Positions 28,701-38,234 of a stretch of DNA of 64,000 bases are shown here, one piece after another. Numbering within the stretch: the stretch's first letter is position 1; each line of letters starts with the position of its first letter. A model generated the notes under the pieces. That model ran no database searches and was not told where the DNA came from. It was given only the letters and a program-made list of their open reading frames with translations. Source of the DNA: an uncultured virus (IMG/VR IMGVR_UViG_3300047323_000263) (lineage: Duplodnaviria; Heunggongvirae; Uroviricota; Caudoviricetes; Schitoviridae); the IMG/VR virus record IMGVR_UViG_3300047323_000263, one strand, 5' to 3'. A program made the translations under genes and the position numbers.

Positions 28701-31700
28701 CCGAGTCTACCGCGACTCCCACTGAATCGAAGCCTGCTGAAACAGAAACTAACAAGCCGACGGAAAAGCCCGCCGATGTTGCCTCTCAAGACCTAGGTTC
28801 CAAGGAACCTAGCAAGGTAGGAGCCAAGGAAGAGAGCAAGTCGCAGGGCAATGCCGAGCGCCTGGCCAAACTCACGGACAAGCAGATCGAAGCGTCGATC
28901 AAGGGCCTCGAGGCAATGGACAAGGCCGGCACGATCACGTCTGCCAATGCCGAGCTGCTCGACAACCTGCGCTGGGAGCAGCAATCCCGTGTGCCGGCTG
29001 AAGCGAAGCCGGCTGCTACCGTCACCGATGAAGGGACCAAGCCGCAAGTCACTGAACAGAAAGCAGAACCTGCTGCTGAAAAAGTTGCGACTGTTGCTGA
29101 TGAAGCCACGGATTCGACCACTCACGCAAAGGTCGGTGACGCTCATGCGGACAACGCTGTTGCTCAGGCGTACCCGGACCTGATCAATCCCGGCACGGGC
29201 AACCGCTTTGTCACGGCATTCTCGCTGCCGAACACGGCACGCTCGAACCTCGCCGGATCGGAGAATCCGCTGGAGACGGTCAACCAGGCGCTGCGCTCGG
29301 AGTCGAGCTTCGCTGCGATGGCGGCGGGCAAGATGAAGGCCGGCTTCGATCTGACGGTGGGCCGCAACTACCGTGACTTCCTTTCCTTGGTTCCCGGCAT
29401 CGTCGACGAGATCGGCCGGCACATGCAGGCGTTCCTCGACCAGACCCCTGAGAAGGGCAAGCAGGCGGGCACGTCGATCGAAGAGGCGCTGCACCTGGCC
29501 GAGATCGATCCGCACCGTTACCGCCAGGGCAAGCTCCTGAACCTGGCCGTGCAGAATGCCGACGGCACGCTGTCGCTGCACCAGGGCCTGATGCAAACGG
29601 CGGTGCTCGCCGGCATGCAGTGGCTGCTCACCGCGCGCAACAACGTGGGCAAGCTCGATGAGAAGAAGGCCGCCAACATTCTCGGCATTGACGAGAGTGA
29701 AGTGCGTGATGGCATGGTCGATCTGCTGGAAGACGGCGTGCTGCGCCTCTCGGCTGTGCAGGCGCTCGCCGCGAAGATCACCCAGTACTGGGGCCTCACT
29801 GAGAACCGTGACGAGACAAAGGGCTTCACTGAAGGTATCGCCCAAGCGGCGGCCGCCGAAGTGTTGCGCACGCTCACGGACCCGAAGCTCACGGTGGAAG
29901 TGCCGGTTCGCAACCCGGACACCGGTGAAGTGGTGAAGTACCGCACGGTGCCGTTGCTTGGCGAAGAGACGCAATACTTCGACCGCGAGGCGAAGGTGTT
30001 CGTCGACCAGAAGAACGCGAACACGCAGGAGATCAACGTCCTCAAGCCTGCGTTCATGGAAGACCTCTCCGTGTACCCGGATGCGATCGAGCAGCTGGTG
30101 GCCACTGAGCCGGAGATGACGCACCACTTCGACCAGGATCTGCCGAAAGTGGCCGAGCGCCAGATGAACAACCCGGACGTGGAGAATACGTCCGAGCAGC
30201 GCAACATGATCGAGCGGGAGCAGAAGACCGGTCACTTCCTGAATGAACGGATGGCAGCGCTCTACACCGCGCTCGGTCTGCCCACGATTCTCGACATCTT
30301 CGGTGCAGGCGCGAACCTCGATCCGGAGTACGTGAACGTCGAGAACATGAAGACCCGTGACGGCCGCAACCGCACGATCTCCTCGGCATTCGAGACGGCG
30401 TTCGCCACAGTCGACGCACTGCGCCAGCACGCCAAGCAGGCGGGCAAGGATGCGGTTGATGTGGCGGTTCACTACGGCTACAACATCACCCGCGTGGGTC
30501 GCTTGCAGATGCTCGGCAAGTACAACCCGCAGTCGAGTAAGCTGATGCGCGAGCTGATCCTGCCGACGGTGGCCACACTCGATCTCACCGGCCGTCAGCG
30601 CCGTGCCTTTAACCTGGCTGTCGCTCAGGGGATCGGCGTGAAGGTCCACAATCTCCCGTACCGCAGCATGGTGCGCGAGATGAACAAGGAACTCGCCAAG
30701 ATGCGCCCGGCAATCGACGCGCTCAAGGAGTTCCAGAAGAGCGGCACGCTCAACACCGAGCAGATGAAGACTGGCCTCGGCAAGGGTGCGACGTTCGTGC
30801 AGCTGCACGCGCTGTCGGAGTTCGCTCGCTTTGAGGCAGCCACCGAAGCCGAGAAGAAGGCGTTCAAGACGCAGCTCTACCTCGAAGCCGACGGCATGAC
30901 CAATGGTCCGATCAACGCAATGGCGCTGCTCGGCACCGGCAGCTTTGCGCCGGAGTGGGTCGAGAACATGGGCCTGGGCGGACTGTGGTTTGGCGGTCTG
31001 AAGAACCAGACTTCGACTGCACAGCGCAACGGCAGCACGGACGATCTGTATCAGCGCCTCGCTACCATCACGCGCAAGAAAGTGATGGAGCTGCGCAAGG
31101 CACTGTCCAAGCCGATGCTCGATCAGCAGACGGCGCTCATCAAGCTGATGAACCAGCTCATGCCGAAGGATGTGGTGCTCACCGCCGACGGCGATCTGGA
31201 TCTCACGCGCGGTATCGCCAAGAACCCGCTGACGATCACGATCTACGGCTCGGGCTCGCAGGGCATCGCCGGCAAGCTCACCAAGGCGGTGACCGACGCC
31301 ATCTACGAAAAGATGACGCAGGCGCTGGAGTACAAGCGGACCAATCCGGATGCCACCGAAGCCGAGGCGATGTTCGGCCCCGGTAAGGCCGGCGAGGATG
31401 CGTATAAGCTCTTCAATGATTCGATCAAGTCGCTGATCACCCAGCAAGTCACCTATGAGTGGAAGCGTGGTGTGAAAGTCCGCGTGATGGAACAGACTGC
31501 GGGCCGCTTTGACCTGTCCCAAGGTTTCCAGGGTGCAACACTGAACGCGGAAGCCCACGCTTCGATTCAGGAGAACATGCACAATCTGTTCGTCGAGAAG
31601 ATGACGGATGCGATTGAGTCGGTGGTGGACCAGTCGGTGTTGAAGTCTGCTGACCGTATCCGCAAGGCCACGCAGGTTCAGTCGATTGTTCTTCAGCATC

Positions 31701-34700
31701 TGTTCGTGCAGAAGGTGAAGGAAGCGATCGTCAAGAAGAAAGAGTCGGACCCGAACTACAAGGGCGGCGACTTCCTGAGCCAGAACGAGCTGGATGCAAT
31801 CAAGAAGTCTCTCTCTTCCTTGGCTCCGATCATCGACACCGGCTCACAGCGCTTCTACGTGGCGGGCAACGAGAAGGCGACGATCGCCAAGGACAACAAG
31901 GGCGGCAAAGAGAACCTGGCCGGCTACGGTTACGCTCGTGCGTTCGATGACACGTTCGGCATTCCGGCGATGGTCAATGGTCCGTTCAATGCAGGCGTGG
32001 CCGGTATCCCGTTCCTGAACATCGGCATGGGCGACGGCATGATGATGCAGCACATCGCCAACTACCTGAACGCGCCGGAACGCACGCTCAAGATCTTCGA
32101 CGGCATGAACATGCCGCTCGATGCAATCGACGAGCAGTCGGTGATGGCCAACCAGGGCGTCTACGACTCGTGGCAGGGCAACCCGCTGCAAGCTGTGTCC
32201 AAGACGTTCGACAAGTTCATGGAGAACTGGAACGGCAAGGACGCCGGGTTCGGGGAGACGTTCGCGCGTGACATGCAGATCGCGCTGTATGGCTGGGGCA
32301 AGGACGGTCAGGGCCGCAATCTCCGGGATTTCCTCAGTGAGATGAAGCGGCTTCAGGCCGAGCTCAAGCAAACGGCACTGGAAGCCGAGGCACGTCACCG
32401 CACGATCGCACGGGTGAATACGTCGGTCGACCAGATGGCGGCCGCATCGTCGCCGTACCAGGTCACGGACAAGGAGTCGGTCACCGGCACGCCGGAAGAG
32501 GTCGCCGCACGTCTGAACGAGATCTACGCCGAAGAGCGTGCCAAGCTCACGAAGGAGCGCCCGCAGACGAGCGACTTCATCAAGTCGGAGCTGTTGCAGG
32601 GCGCGAACCAAGACAAGGATTCGGGTGTACGCATTCTGAATGGCGTGGGGCTGAACAATCTGCCGGGCCTGCTTGCTGACAAGATCCCGGCCAACATGAA
32701 GCCGTTGATCGACTCGGCGCTGCATGCGCTTCGCAACTCCAACACCCAGATCATCATGGGCACCCGCGAGCAGCTGATGAAGCATGCTCGACTCCACGCC
32801 GGCGCACTGGTTCAGGAAGGCATCTCGCGCGGAGACGTGCAGGGTATGTATGACCCGACCACAGGCCACCTGTGGATGATCGAACCATCGGCCGAAGTGC
32901 TCACGCACGAGCTGATCCATGCGGCCACGGTACGGATCATCGACACCTTCTACAAGGGCGGTGATCTCGGCAAGAACGCACGTGTGGTCCGTGACTCGAT
33001 CGGCAACATCGAGCAGCTGATGGGCCAGTTCCTCTCGCTCAACCCGGACGAGATGACGCCGGACCAGCGTGAAGCATTCGGCTGGCTGAAGGCACAGCTC
33101 GACCAACACGCCGAGATGGCAGAGAACGATCGCAAGGTCTACGACCTCTCCGAGTTCATTGCCTGGGCGCTGGCCAACCAGAACCTGGCGGCCGTCGGCG
33201 AAAAGGCGCAGGCCCCGGCGATCGTGCGCATCGCACGCCAGGTCGTGCAGTACCTGAAGTCGCTCTTCACCGGCAGCAACAAGCCGGAAGTGCTCTCGCC
33301 GCTCAATGACATCTTCAGCAACCTGCGCTTTAACACGCAGCTGATCATGGCCGCCCAGCCGACGCTGCGCGGGGTGATGGCCGATGTCGCACCGCTCGCC
33401 ATGCAGAACGCGACGTATGGTGACGATGAGCGCCTGGCTGAAGTTGGTCAGACGTTTGACCGCACGGTGGCTGACTGGGTGGACGACACGCCGGAAGTCT
33501 CGCTCGAGCGCGATCAGCGCAAGACGACGCTCTCCGACGCCGGCCAGATGATCGGCACGCTCTCGCGCCAGTTCGTCGGCACCTTCGGCATGAACATGCA
33601 GCAGGCGGTGGTCTTCAAGAAGATCATGACGGCGCTCGCCACCGAGGCCAAGTTCGACGGCAACGTGATGGCACGCATGCAGGATCTGTTCGCCCACGTG
33701 ACGAAGAACCTGACGGCGGAAAAGCTGATGGATCCGGTCAAAGCGGGCAAGGAAGGCTCGGACACGTGGGAACGCGAACGCAACTACGCCGCCGAGAAGC
33801 TCAACGCGATGCTCGGCCGCAAAGGTTCCTTGACCGATGCGGCGGGCCGCTCGACGCTCTTGCCGGCATTCGTGGCACTGGCGCTGACCAATCCCGATCT
33901 GCGCCGGGCACTGGCCGACATCAAGATGCCGACGACCGACAAGAGCAACGCCAGCTCGAAGACGGATGCGGCACTCGAAGACTTCGCCAGCAGCGTGATG
34001 CAGGCGCTGGGCCGCCGTCTCTCCGGAGAGGGCAAGGCCGAGAACGTGCAGCAGGCGATGGACATGATGGCCGAGCAGCTGCGCGAGATCGCAGATGACC
34101 AGCAGGCCTTCTTCGACCAGATCGCCAATCCGATCGGGGATCTCTCGGATCGGACCAACCAGATCGTGATCGACGCGATGAACTCGCTCGCACGCTGGGC
34201 CACCGGCAAGGCCGATGCGCTGCACACCCGCTACAACAACAAGCTCACCAAGCTGATGGCCACCGGAGCCAAGGTGACAGAGGCGATCGTCAACAATGAC
34301 GCAGCGGCGCAAGTGGCCGAGGGTGTGCTTTCGATGATCAACCGCGTGGACGGGTTCGCACCTTTCCGCGAACTGATCGGGGATATGGTCGGACGAACTC
34401 TGTCCAATGCCGCGGTCTACGACATGATCAAGACGGTGCGCTCGTGGATTCAGGCCGATCGCCAGCAGTATCGTGAGATCGTCCCGAACACGATTGCCGA
34501 GCAGTTCAGCCGCGAGCTGACCGAGGACGAGTGGTCGATGCTGCACCGGGCAATGGGCCGCACTGATCTTGCTTCCTTGGTTCAGGGCATGAGCCAGGAC
34601 GAAGTGCTGAAGCTCATCTCCAACTCCAAGGCGATGAAGGCGAAGGTGAGCGAGCTCGAGCAGGCAATCAAGGGCGCGGACTCCGCCAACTGGAAGCTCT

Positions 34701-36811
34701 ACGAGAAGAAGATGAAGCAGCTCGCGGAGTACATGATGACGGGTGTGCCGGGCACGAAGCTGCTGCGCAATGCTCAGGCGATTGCCAAGCTGCTCAACGA
34801 GGGCACGGCCAAGAAGAGCCTGATTCAGGATCCGAAGGCCTTCGTCAACAACATCGACATGCTGACGACGCTCTACGCGATGGAGCACCTCGAGGATGCG
34901 CACCGCCTGTCGCTCGGCACGCTTGCTGACACGCAAGCCAAGGGCATGAACTTCGCCCTGGCGTACCTGCAAGGCCAGCGGGTCGAGGAGCAGAACCGCA
35001 CGGTAGAAAACCCGCGTGCGCTCTTCAATGCGTACAAGGGCTACATCCCGTCGGTTCAGGAATCCGGCAAGTCGCTGATCGTGGCGGACGACACCGAGTA
35101 CAGCAATCTCACCTCGCGCTCGTATGTCCGGGTGGGCGACTACACGGGGAGTCTCTCCGAGCGTGCCGGTGGCGTGGTGTCGAAGAAGGGCTACTACTTC
35201 GCGCCGGTGTCGGGCCGCAACATCTTCCAGCAGGGCATTCTCCAGAATGTCCGGCAGACGGCCGGTGGCGTGGACGCCGCCACGGGCTACACGGTGGGCT
35301 CGATGACGGCCGGTCGGATCACGGACCCGAAGGCGATCGATCGGATCAAGATGAATCTGACGGCCGGGCTCGAAGGCCCGAACGAGTCACTGCTGCCGGT
35401 CTACGACGACGGCGGCCAGCTGGTGGCGCTTGAGCGTTCGATTGATCCGGCGCAGCTCGAGCGGCTTGACTTCAACACGCAGCTGCACCAGATGGTTGGT
35501 GTGTGGCGTGGCCGTCAGGTCGAAGAAGCCAAGTCGGCCATCTACAACGATGCGCTCGTCGATCGCCTCGCAGAAATGTGGGAGAAAGACGGTGCGACGG
35601 ATCGGGCCAACGAGTACGTGAACGTGTTCGATGCGAAGACGCTCGCCAAGGATCCGGTGCTCTCTGATGCGGTGGCGCTGATCACCCCGCTGATGAAGGA
35701 CCGGATCGAGGACAGCTTCGGGCAGGACACGTTCTGGGTGCGCCGCGAACTGCTCAACGATGCGCTCGGTTACCGGGCCGCTTCGGTGGGTGATGCGTGG
35801 ACGGGCACCAGCCGCTGGAGCGAGTCGACGCAGAAGCACTTCAAGAACGCGGCAATGGCGGTGTTCGGCAACAAGGCCTACCAGTACGCGGTCAATGCCG
35901 AGAAGCTCTTGCAGAACGTCGTGTCCGACGCGAAGACCCTGATCGTCGTGAAGTCGATCGTGGTGCCGGTGGGCAACATGGTGTCGAACATGTACCAGCT
36001 GGCCAGCCGTGGTGTGCCGATCAAGCACATCGTGACGGGCCTGCCGAGGAAGACGGCCGAAGTGCAGACGTTCGTCAAGAACGAGGTGCGTCGCGTGAAG
36101 GCGGAAGCCGAGCTGCGGGTGGCTGAAGGCCTGAACGATGTGAAGAAGCAGCACGAGCTGCGCACCGAGATCCAGTCGATTGCCGACATTCACCGGCGTC
36201 TCTCGATCTGGCCGCTGATTGAAGCGGGCGAGTTCTCGGCAATTTCGGACGGTCGTGCAACGCCCGAAGACATCGAGATCACGAGCGGCCGGCTGCACGG
36301 TGCGATTGAGTCGCTCGTTCATAAGCTGCCCGCAGGTGTGCGCACGGCGGGCCGGTACGCGATGATCACCAAGGACACGGCGCTCTTCCGCGGCATGCAG
36401 ACGGCGACCGAGTACGGTGACTTCTTGGCCAAGGCGATCCTGTTCGACGACATCACCAAGCGCAAGAAGGGCACGGTGGCTGAAGCACTGGCAGCGGTGA
36501 CTGAGGAATTCGTGAACTACGACCGCCTGCCGGGCCGTGCTCGAGGCTATCTCGAGTCGATCGGGGCGATGTGGTTCTACAACTTCAAGATCCGCTCGAC
36601 GAAGATCGCGCTCTCGACGATTCGCAACAACCCGGTCCACGCATTGCTCGCCGGGCTTGCGCCGACGCCTGAGTTCCTGGGCTCCATCGGCACGCCAATG
36701 GGCGACAACCTGATCTCCAAGGCGGCGAACGGGCAGCTCACGTTCAGCTTCGGGTTTGGGCAGATCATGCACGCGCCGATGATGAATCCCTGGCTCCATC
36801 TGACGAAGTAA
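25748..36811 (+). CDS. Virion-encapsidated RNA polymerase (N4 gp50-like, 3687 aa)
   Basis: YNITRVGRLQM, LEADGMTNGP (motif A), RGIAKNPLTITIYG (motif B), LKIFDG (motif C); giant size; no Cys seen on reading. Confidence 0.97.
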   Translation: MPSAQDLLNEKLGLSTGPAGLSPTPADTAYQQGVQAANAQLRPNLTPAAPTAADQRFNAAQQGADQGLLDGIKRFFPQKPTKQQDVAATADAKQASLAQTADAKKAELAQQTGAPAVNITNDQMYNAVLARRTGDGLNSMPSQAEADMASMSPLDLINKYGYDRGTQLMQQRTDARNTLSGESTYGDRRVVSGIADFGKGVGLGVANSVGGMAALGAGILNKDAGTQIARGVSDLNDAVQGSETPQMQASRRLNAAKNALGYRDNRAQYATDLEQYGTVGADMRRVVNDAGTAVGNAIDDPLAFQDGTAQGLGSLVTAGPTGKLIGAGAKVALAAAPELGIAPSLLARAAASKTGQYIAHEGPTMAAIGATEAGGAYQQNASDVVKQSFEDLAKNSPMFKELVASGMSKEEARTTVANRSGLIAAAIQAPMAVAAGAIASKFEANPFSVPKLRDIGKNVLKEGVEETIQSGTGQWSQNVATQHTANENQDLLEGVGEQAGLGGLYGMSSAGATQGPGAVFSHTVSTALKAGQAVAGAVGKMADKVQERNDRNSPVADHIVAQAATEFEHNAATAGQQAIDSVQASNLSDEKKATASQYIQDLVGSSQFDPKEMEGAPQPLIDAVGNATTRVGMLQNLLSYARNQENPHDVRAMAYGVFKENLDALHQKVAEAPVQLEGLPHDDAAVTFASQIQDLAGKWLDTPSAVRAKESIQKSLDKIVLPELNEESIQTEEGQHGLQTALAMATIDPSKMPAAAVQSINELAAKGRLRLTSQQEAGIRTAMGILAGREKYVSELQANGLNAPKDIVAAQVSTDKGSPEGKDSAAVHLNAIRTAYASGDREGAKTALSHFGKFAQTLQNKVSAVNSQIATHGAQSNDKNSLHYDTVSRDKTKWNKSKRPFGVTPQSPTSVKFVQEVHAEAKALTAMHNALATAYPELGVSHMGQVDLHPSLTGAHPREVAQEWKQGKRTVDTSKVDGEPAAQPTESTATPTESKPAETETNKPTEKPADVASQDLGSKEPSKVGAKEESKSQGNAERLAKLTDKQIEASIKGLEAMDKAGTITSANAELLDNLRWEQQSRVPAEAKPAATVTDEGTKPQVTEQKAEPAAEKVATVADEATDSTTHAKVGDAHADNAVAQAYPDLINPGTGNRFVTAFSLPNTARSNLAGSENPLETVNQALRSESSFAAMAAGKMKAGFDLTVGRNYRDFLSLVPGIVDEIGRHMQAFLDQTPEKGKQAGTSIEEALHLAEIDPHRYRQGKLLNLAVQNADGTLSLHQGLMQTAVLAGMQWLLTARNNVGKLDEKKAANILGIDESEVRDGMVDLLEDGVLRLSAVQALAAKITQYWGLTENRDETKGFTEGIAQAAAAEVLRTLTDPKLTVEVPVRNPDTGEVVKYRTVPLLGEETQYFDREAKVFVDQKNANTQEINVLKPAFMEDLSVYPDAIEQLVATEPEMTHHFDQDLPKVAERQMNNPDVENTSEQRNMIEREQKTGHFLNERMAALYTALGLPTILDIFGAGANLDPEYVNVENMKTRDGRNRTISSAFETAFATVDALRQHAKQAGKDAVDVAVHYGYNITRVGRLQMLGKYNPQSSKLMRELILPTVATLDLTGRQRRAFNLAVAQGIGVKVHNLPYRSMVREMNKELAKMRPAIDALKEFQKSGTLNTEQMKTGLGKGATFVQLHALSEFARFEAATEAEKKAFKTQLYLEADGMTNGPINAMALLGTGSFAPEWVENMGLGGLWFGGLKNQTSTAQRNGSTDDLYQRLATITRKKVMELRKALSKPMLDQQTALIKLMNQLMPKDVVLTADGDLDLTRGIAKNPLTITIYGSGSQGIAGKLTKAVTDAIYEKMTQALEYKRTNPDATEAEAMFGPGKAGEDAYKLFNDSIKSLITQQVTYEWKRGVKVRVMEQTAGRFDLSQGFQGATLNAEAHASIQENMHNLFVEKMTDAIESVVDQSVLKSADRIRKATQVQSIVLQHLFVQKVKEAIVKKKESDPNYKGGDFLSQNELDAIKKSLSSLAPIIDTGSQRFYVAGNEKATIAKDNKGGKENLAGYGYARAFDDTFGIPAMVNGPFNAGVAGIPFLNIGMGDGMMMQHIANYLNAPERTLKIFDGMNMPLDAIDEQSVMANQGVYDSWQGNPLQAVSKTFDKFMENWNGKDAGFGETFARDMQIALYGWGKDGQGRNLRDFLSEMKRLQAELKQTALEAEARHRTIARVNTSVDQMAAASSPYQVTDKESVTGTPEEVAARLNEIYAEERAKLTKERPQTSDFIKSELLQGANQDKDSGVRILNGVGLNNLPGLLADKIPANMKPLIDSALHALRNSNTQIIMGTREQLMKHARLHAGALVQEGISRGDVQGMYDPTTGHLWMIEPSAEVLTHELIHAATVRIIDTFYKGGDLGKNARVVRDSIGNIEQLMGQFLSLNPDEMTPDQREAFGWLKAQLDQHAEMAENDRKVYDLSEFIAWALANQNLAAVGEKAQAPAIVRIARQVVQYLKSLFTGSNKPEVLSPLNDIFSNLRFNTQLIMAAQPTLRGVMADVAPLAMQNATYGDDERLAEVGQTFDRTVADWVDDTPEVSLERDQRKTTLSDAGQMIGTLSRQFVGTFGMNMQQAVVFKKIMTALATEAKFDGNVMARMQDLFAHVTKNLTAEKLMDPVKAGKEGSDTWERERNYAAEKLNAMLGRKGSLTDAAGRSTLLPAFVALALTNPDLRRALADIKMPTTDKSNASSKTDAALEDFASSVMQALGRRLSGEGKAENVQQAMDMMAEQLREIADDQQAFFDQIANPIGDLSDRTNQIVIDAMNSLARWATGKADALHTRYNNKLTKLMATGAKVTEAIVNNDAAAQVAEGVLSMINRVDGFAPFRELIGDMVGRTLSNAAVYDMIKTVRSWIQADRQQYREIVPNTIAEQFSRELTEDEWSMLHRAMGRTDLASLVQGMSQDEVLKLISNSKAMKAKVSELEQAIKGADSANWKLYEKKMKQLAEYMMTGVPGTKLLRNAQAIAKLLNEGTAKKSLIQDPKAFVNNIDMLTTLYAMEHLEDAHRLSLGTLADTQAKGMNFALAYLQGQRVEEQNRTVENPRALFNAYKGYIPSVQESGKSLIVADDTEYSNLTSRSYVRVGDYTGSLSERAGGVVSKKGYYFAPVSGRNIFQQGILQNVRQTAGGVDAATGYTVGSMTAGRITDPKAIDRIKMNLTAGLEGPNESLLPVYDDGGQLVALERSIDPAQLERLDFNTQLHQMVGVWRGRQVEEAKSAIYNDALVDRLAEMWEKDGATDRANEYVNVFDAKTLAKDPVLSDAVALITPLMKDRIEDSFGQDTFWVRRELLNDALGYRAASVGDAWTGTSRWSESTQKHFKNAAMAVFGNKAYQYAVNAEKLLQNVVSDAKTLIVVKSIVVPVGNMVSNMYQLASRGVPIKHIVTGLPRKTAEVQTFVKNEVRRVKAEAELRVAEGLNDVKKQHELRTEIQSIADIHRRLSIWPLIEAGEFSAISDGRATPEDIEITSGRLHGAIESLVHKLPAGVRTAGRYAMITKDTALFRGMQTATEYGDFLAKAILFDDITKRKKGTVAEALAAVTEEFVNYDRLPGRARGYLESIGAMWFYNFKIRSTKIALSTIRNNPVHALLAGLAPTPEFLGSIGTPMGDNLISKAANGQLTFSFGFGQIMHAPMMNPWLHLTK

Positions 36812-36825
36812 GGATCCAGAAAAAG

Positions 36826-36858
36826 AAAAACCCCCGGCTCTCACACCGGGGGTTTTTT
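36826..36858. terminator. Bidirectional terminator between the convergent late and middle blocks
   Basis: AAAAACCCCCGG-loop-CCGGGGGTTTTTT. Confidence 0.9.
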
Positions 36859-36902
36859 ACTTCTTGCTACTCTCTCTCAGGCCCTTCGAAAGCCCAAGGG
36901 GG

Positions 36903-37100
36903 TCAGTCTACAGCAGGTGGCCCGGATGGGCCGGATTGCGGTGGTTCAGGCTTGTCGACCGAGATGGCCATCCAGCCGACAATGGCAAGAATCACCACGC
37001 CCAGAGCGATCCAGGGGGCCGCAGCCGTGATAGCTACCGTCAGGGCGAAGACGGCAGCAACCAGCACGGCACCGAGGACGATGATCGTGCTGAATTTCAT
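36903..37100 (-). CDS. Small membrane protein (2 TM)
   Basis: 65 aa, hydrophobic, last gene of the middle block. Confidence 0.7.
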   Translation of the reverse strand: MKFSTIIVLGAVLVAAVFALTVAITAAAPWIALGVVILAIVGWMAISVDKPEPPQSGPSGPPAVD

Positions 37101-37101
37101 C

Positions 37102-37623
37102 TTACGAATTCACCGGCTTTTTCAGGCCAGCGAACAGGCTGCGAGCCGGGGATGCCGGAGGCGTGTCGCTCGATGCTGCTGCCGGCGCTTCGGTCGACGA
37201 CGGAGCTGCGTCAGCCGGTGCAGGCTCACCAGCGGCCTTCGTGTCCGAGGTCGTATTCGTCGGCGCCGAAGTGTCGGTCATGCCATCGACGGGCGCTTCT
37301 TCCTTTCCCTGGCTCACGACTTCGGCCTTCGGTACGAGCTTGACGCTGGCGGTGGATGCGGTCTGGATGCTCTCGGCCTTCGTCTCCTTCTTCGTCGGAG
37401 CCGGAGCCGGATCTGCTGCGGGGGCCGGTGCCGGTGCCGGGGTGGGTGCCGGTGCTGCCTGGCCCGACTGGGCCACGATGTCGATCGTCGCGGTGAAGCC
37501 CTTGTCACCACGGGTCGCTGCGAGATCGATGATGATCTCGTTGCCGTCAGCAACTTTCAGGCGAGCGTTCACGTAGTCGCGGATTGCCTGTTCGATCTCG
37601 GATTGGATGATGATGATTTGCAT
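37102..37623 (-). CDS. Conserved N4-like hypothetical protein (Pro/Ala-rich)
   Basis: MQIIIIQSEIEQAIRDYV N-terminus and RSLFAGL C-terminus. Confidence 0.75.
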   Translation of the reverse strand: MQIIIIQSEIEQAIRDYVNARLKVADGNEIIIDLAATRGDKGFTATIDIVAQSGQAAPAPTPAPAPAPAADPAPAPTKKETKAESIQTASTASVKLVPKAEVVSQGKEEAPVDGMTDTSAPTNTTSDTKAAGEPAPADAAPSSTEAPAAASSDTPPASPARSLFAGLKKPVNS

Positions 37624-37641
37624 TTTTCTTACTCTCTCTTC

Positions 37642-38220
37642 TCACAGAGTTGCGAATAGTCGCATCAGATTTTGAAACATGGGCGTTCGAACGCCCGCGT
37701 GTATGGCGGCAATGGCATCAGCAACATGCTCTGCCTCGTTCTTCAGGTCGCCTTTCTTGTGCTTGGCCCCGTTGCGTTCCTGGCGTGGCCAGTTCGCATC
37801 CGGATAGTCCAACACTCCCTGCGCGATCATCTGCTCCTTAGTGGCGAGCTTCTTGCCAGTGAAGGATTCCTTCACCTCAAATGCCGTCACTTCGATGATC
37901 TCGTGACCTTCCGCCCTGATCGCACCCAGTATACCGACACACATTCCGTACCCCTTCATGCTGGAGGCGGACTTCGAGCCGACTGGGCACTCCACGAAGA
38001 TGACCTTGTTGCGGCGAGCCGCACAGATGGCATGGTCGTAGAGCAGTTTGGCGAGATGAAGATCGTTGGAGTTCTGGCGTGTCTGCTTCGTCTTGATGTC
38101 CTCTGGCGAGCAGAGGGACAGTCGAGGAGTCGACAGCACGCCAGTATCCAGGTCGAGGATGGCTTCAGCGATCCCCCAATTGCGCATTGAGGGATCCATG
38201 CCGGCGACTGGAATTCGCAA
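37642..38220 (-). CDS. RuvC-like Holliday junction resolvase (N4 gp46-like)
   Basis: VAGMDPSMRNWG, IFVECP, EHVADAIAA acidic motifs. Confidence 0.85.
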   Translation of the reverse strand: MRIPVAGMDPSMRNWGIAEAILDLDTGVLSTPRLSLCSPEDIKTKQTRQNSNDLHLAKLLYDHAICAARRNKVIFVECPVGSKSASSMKGYGMCVGILGAIRAEGHEIIEVTAFEVKESFTGKKLATKEQMIAQGVLDYPDANWPRQERNGAKHKKGDLKNEAEHVADAIAAIHAGVRTPMFQNLMRLFATL

Positions 38221-38234
38221 GGCTCAGACTCCGA

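Noticed and set aside
28793..34972. Very long antisense ORFs (968 aa, 1042 aa) opposite vRNAP, and similar ones at 53838-56522, 40114-42063, 23160-25424 and 47696-49324
   Set aside because: Shadow ORFs expected from strong GC3 codon bias; they overlap well-supported genes and show no recognisable motifs.
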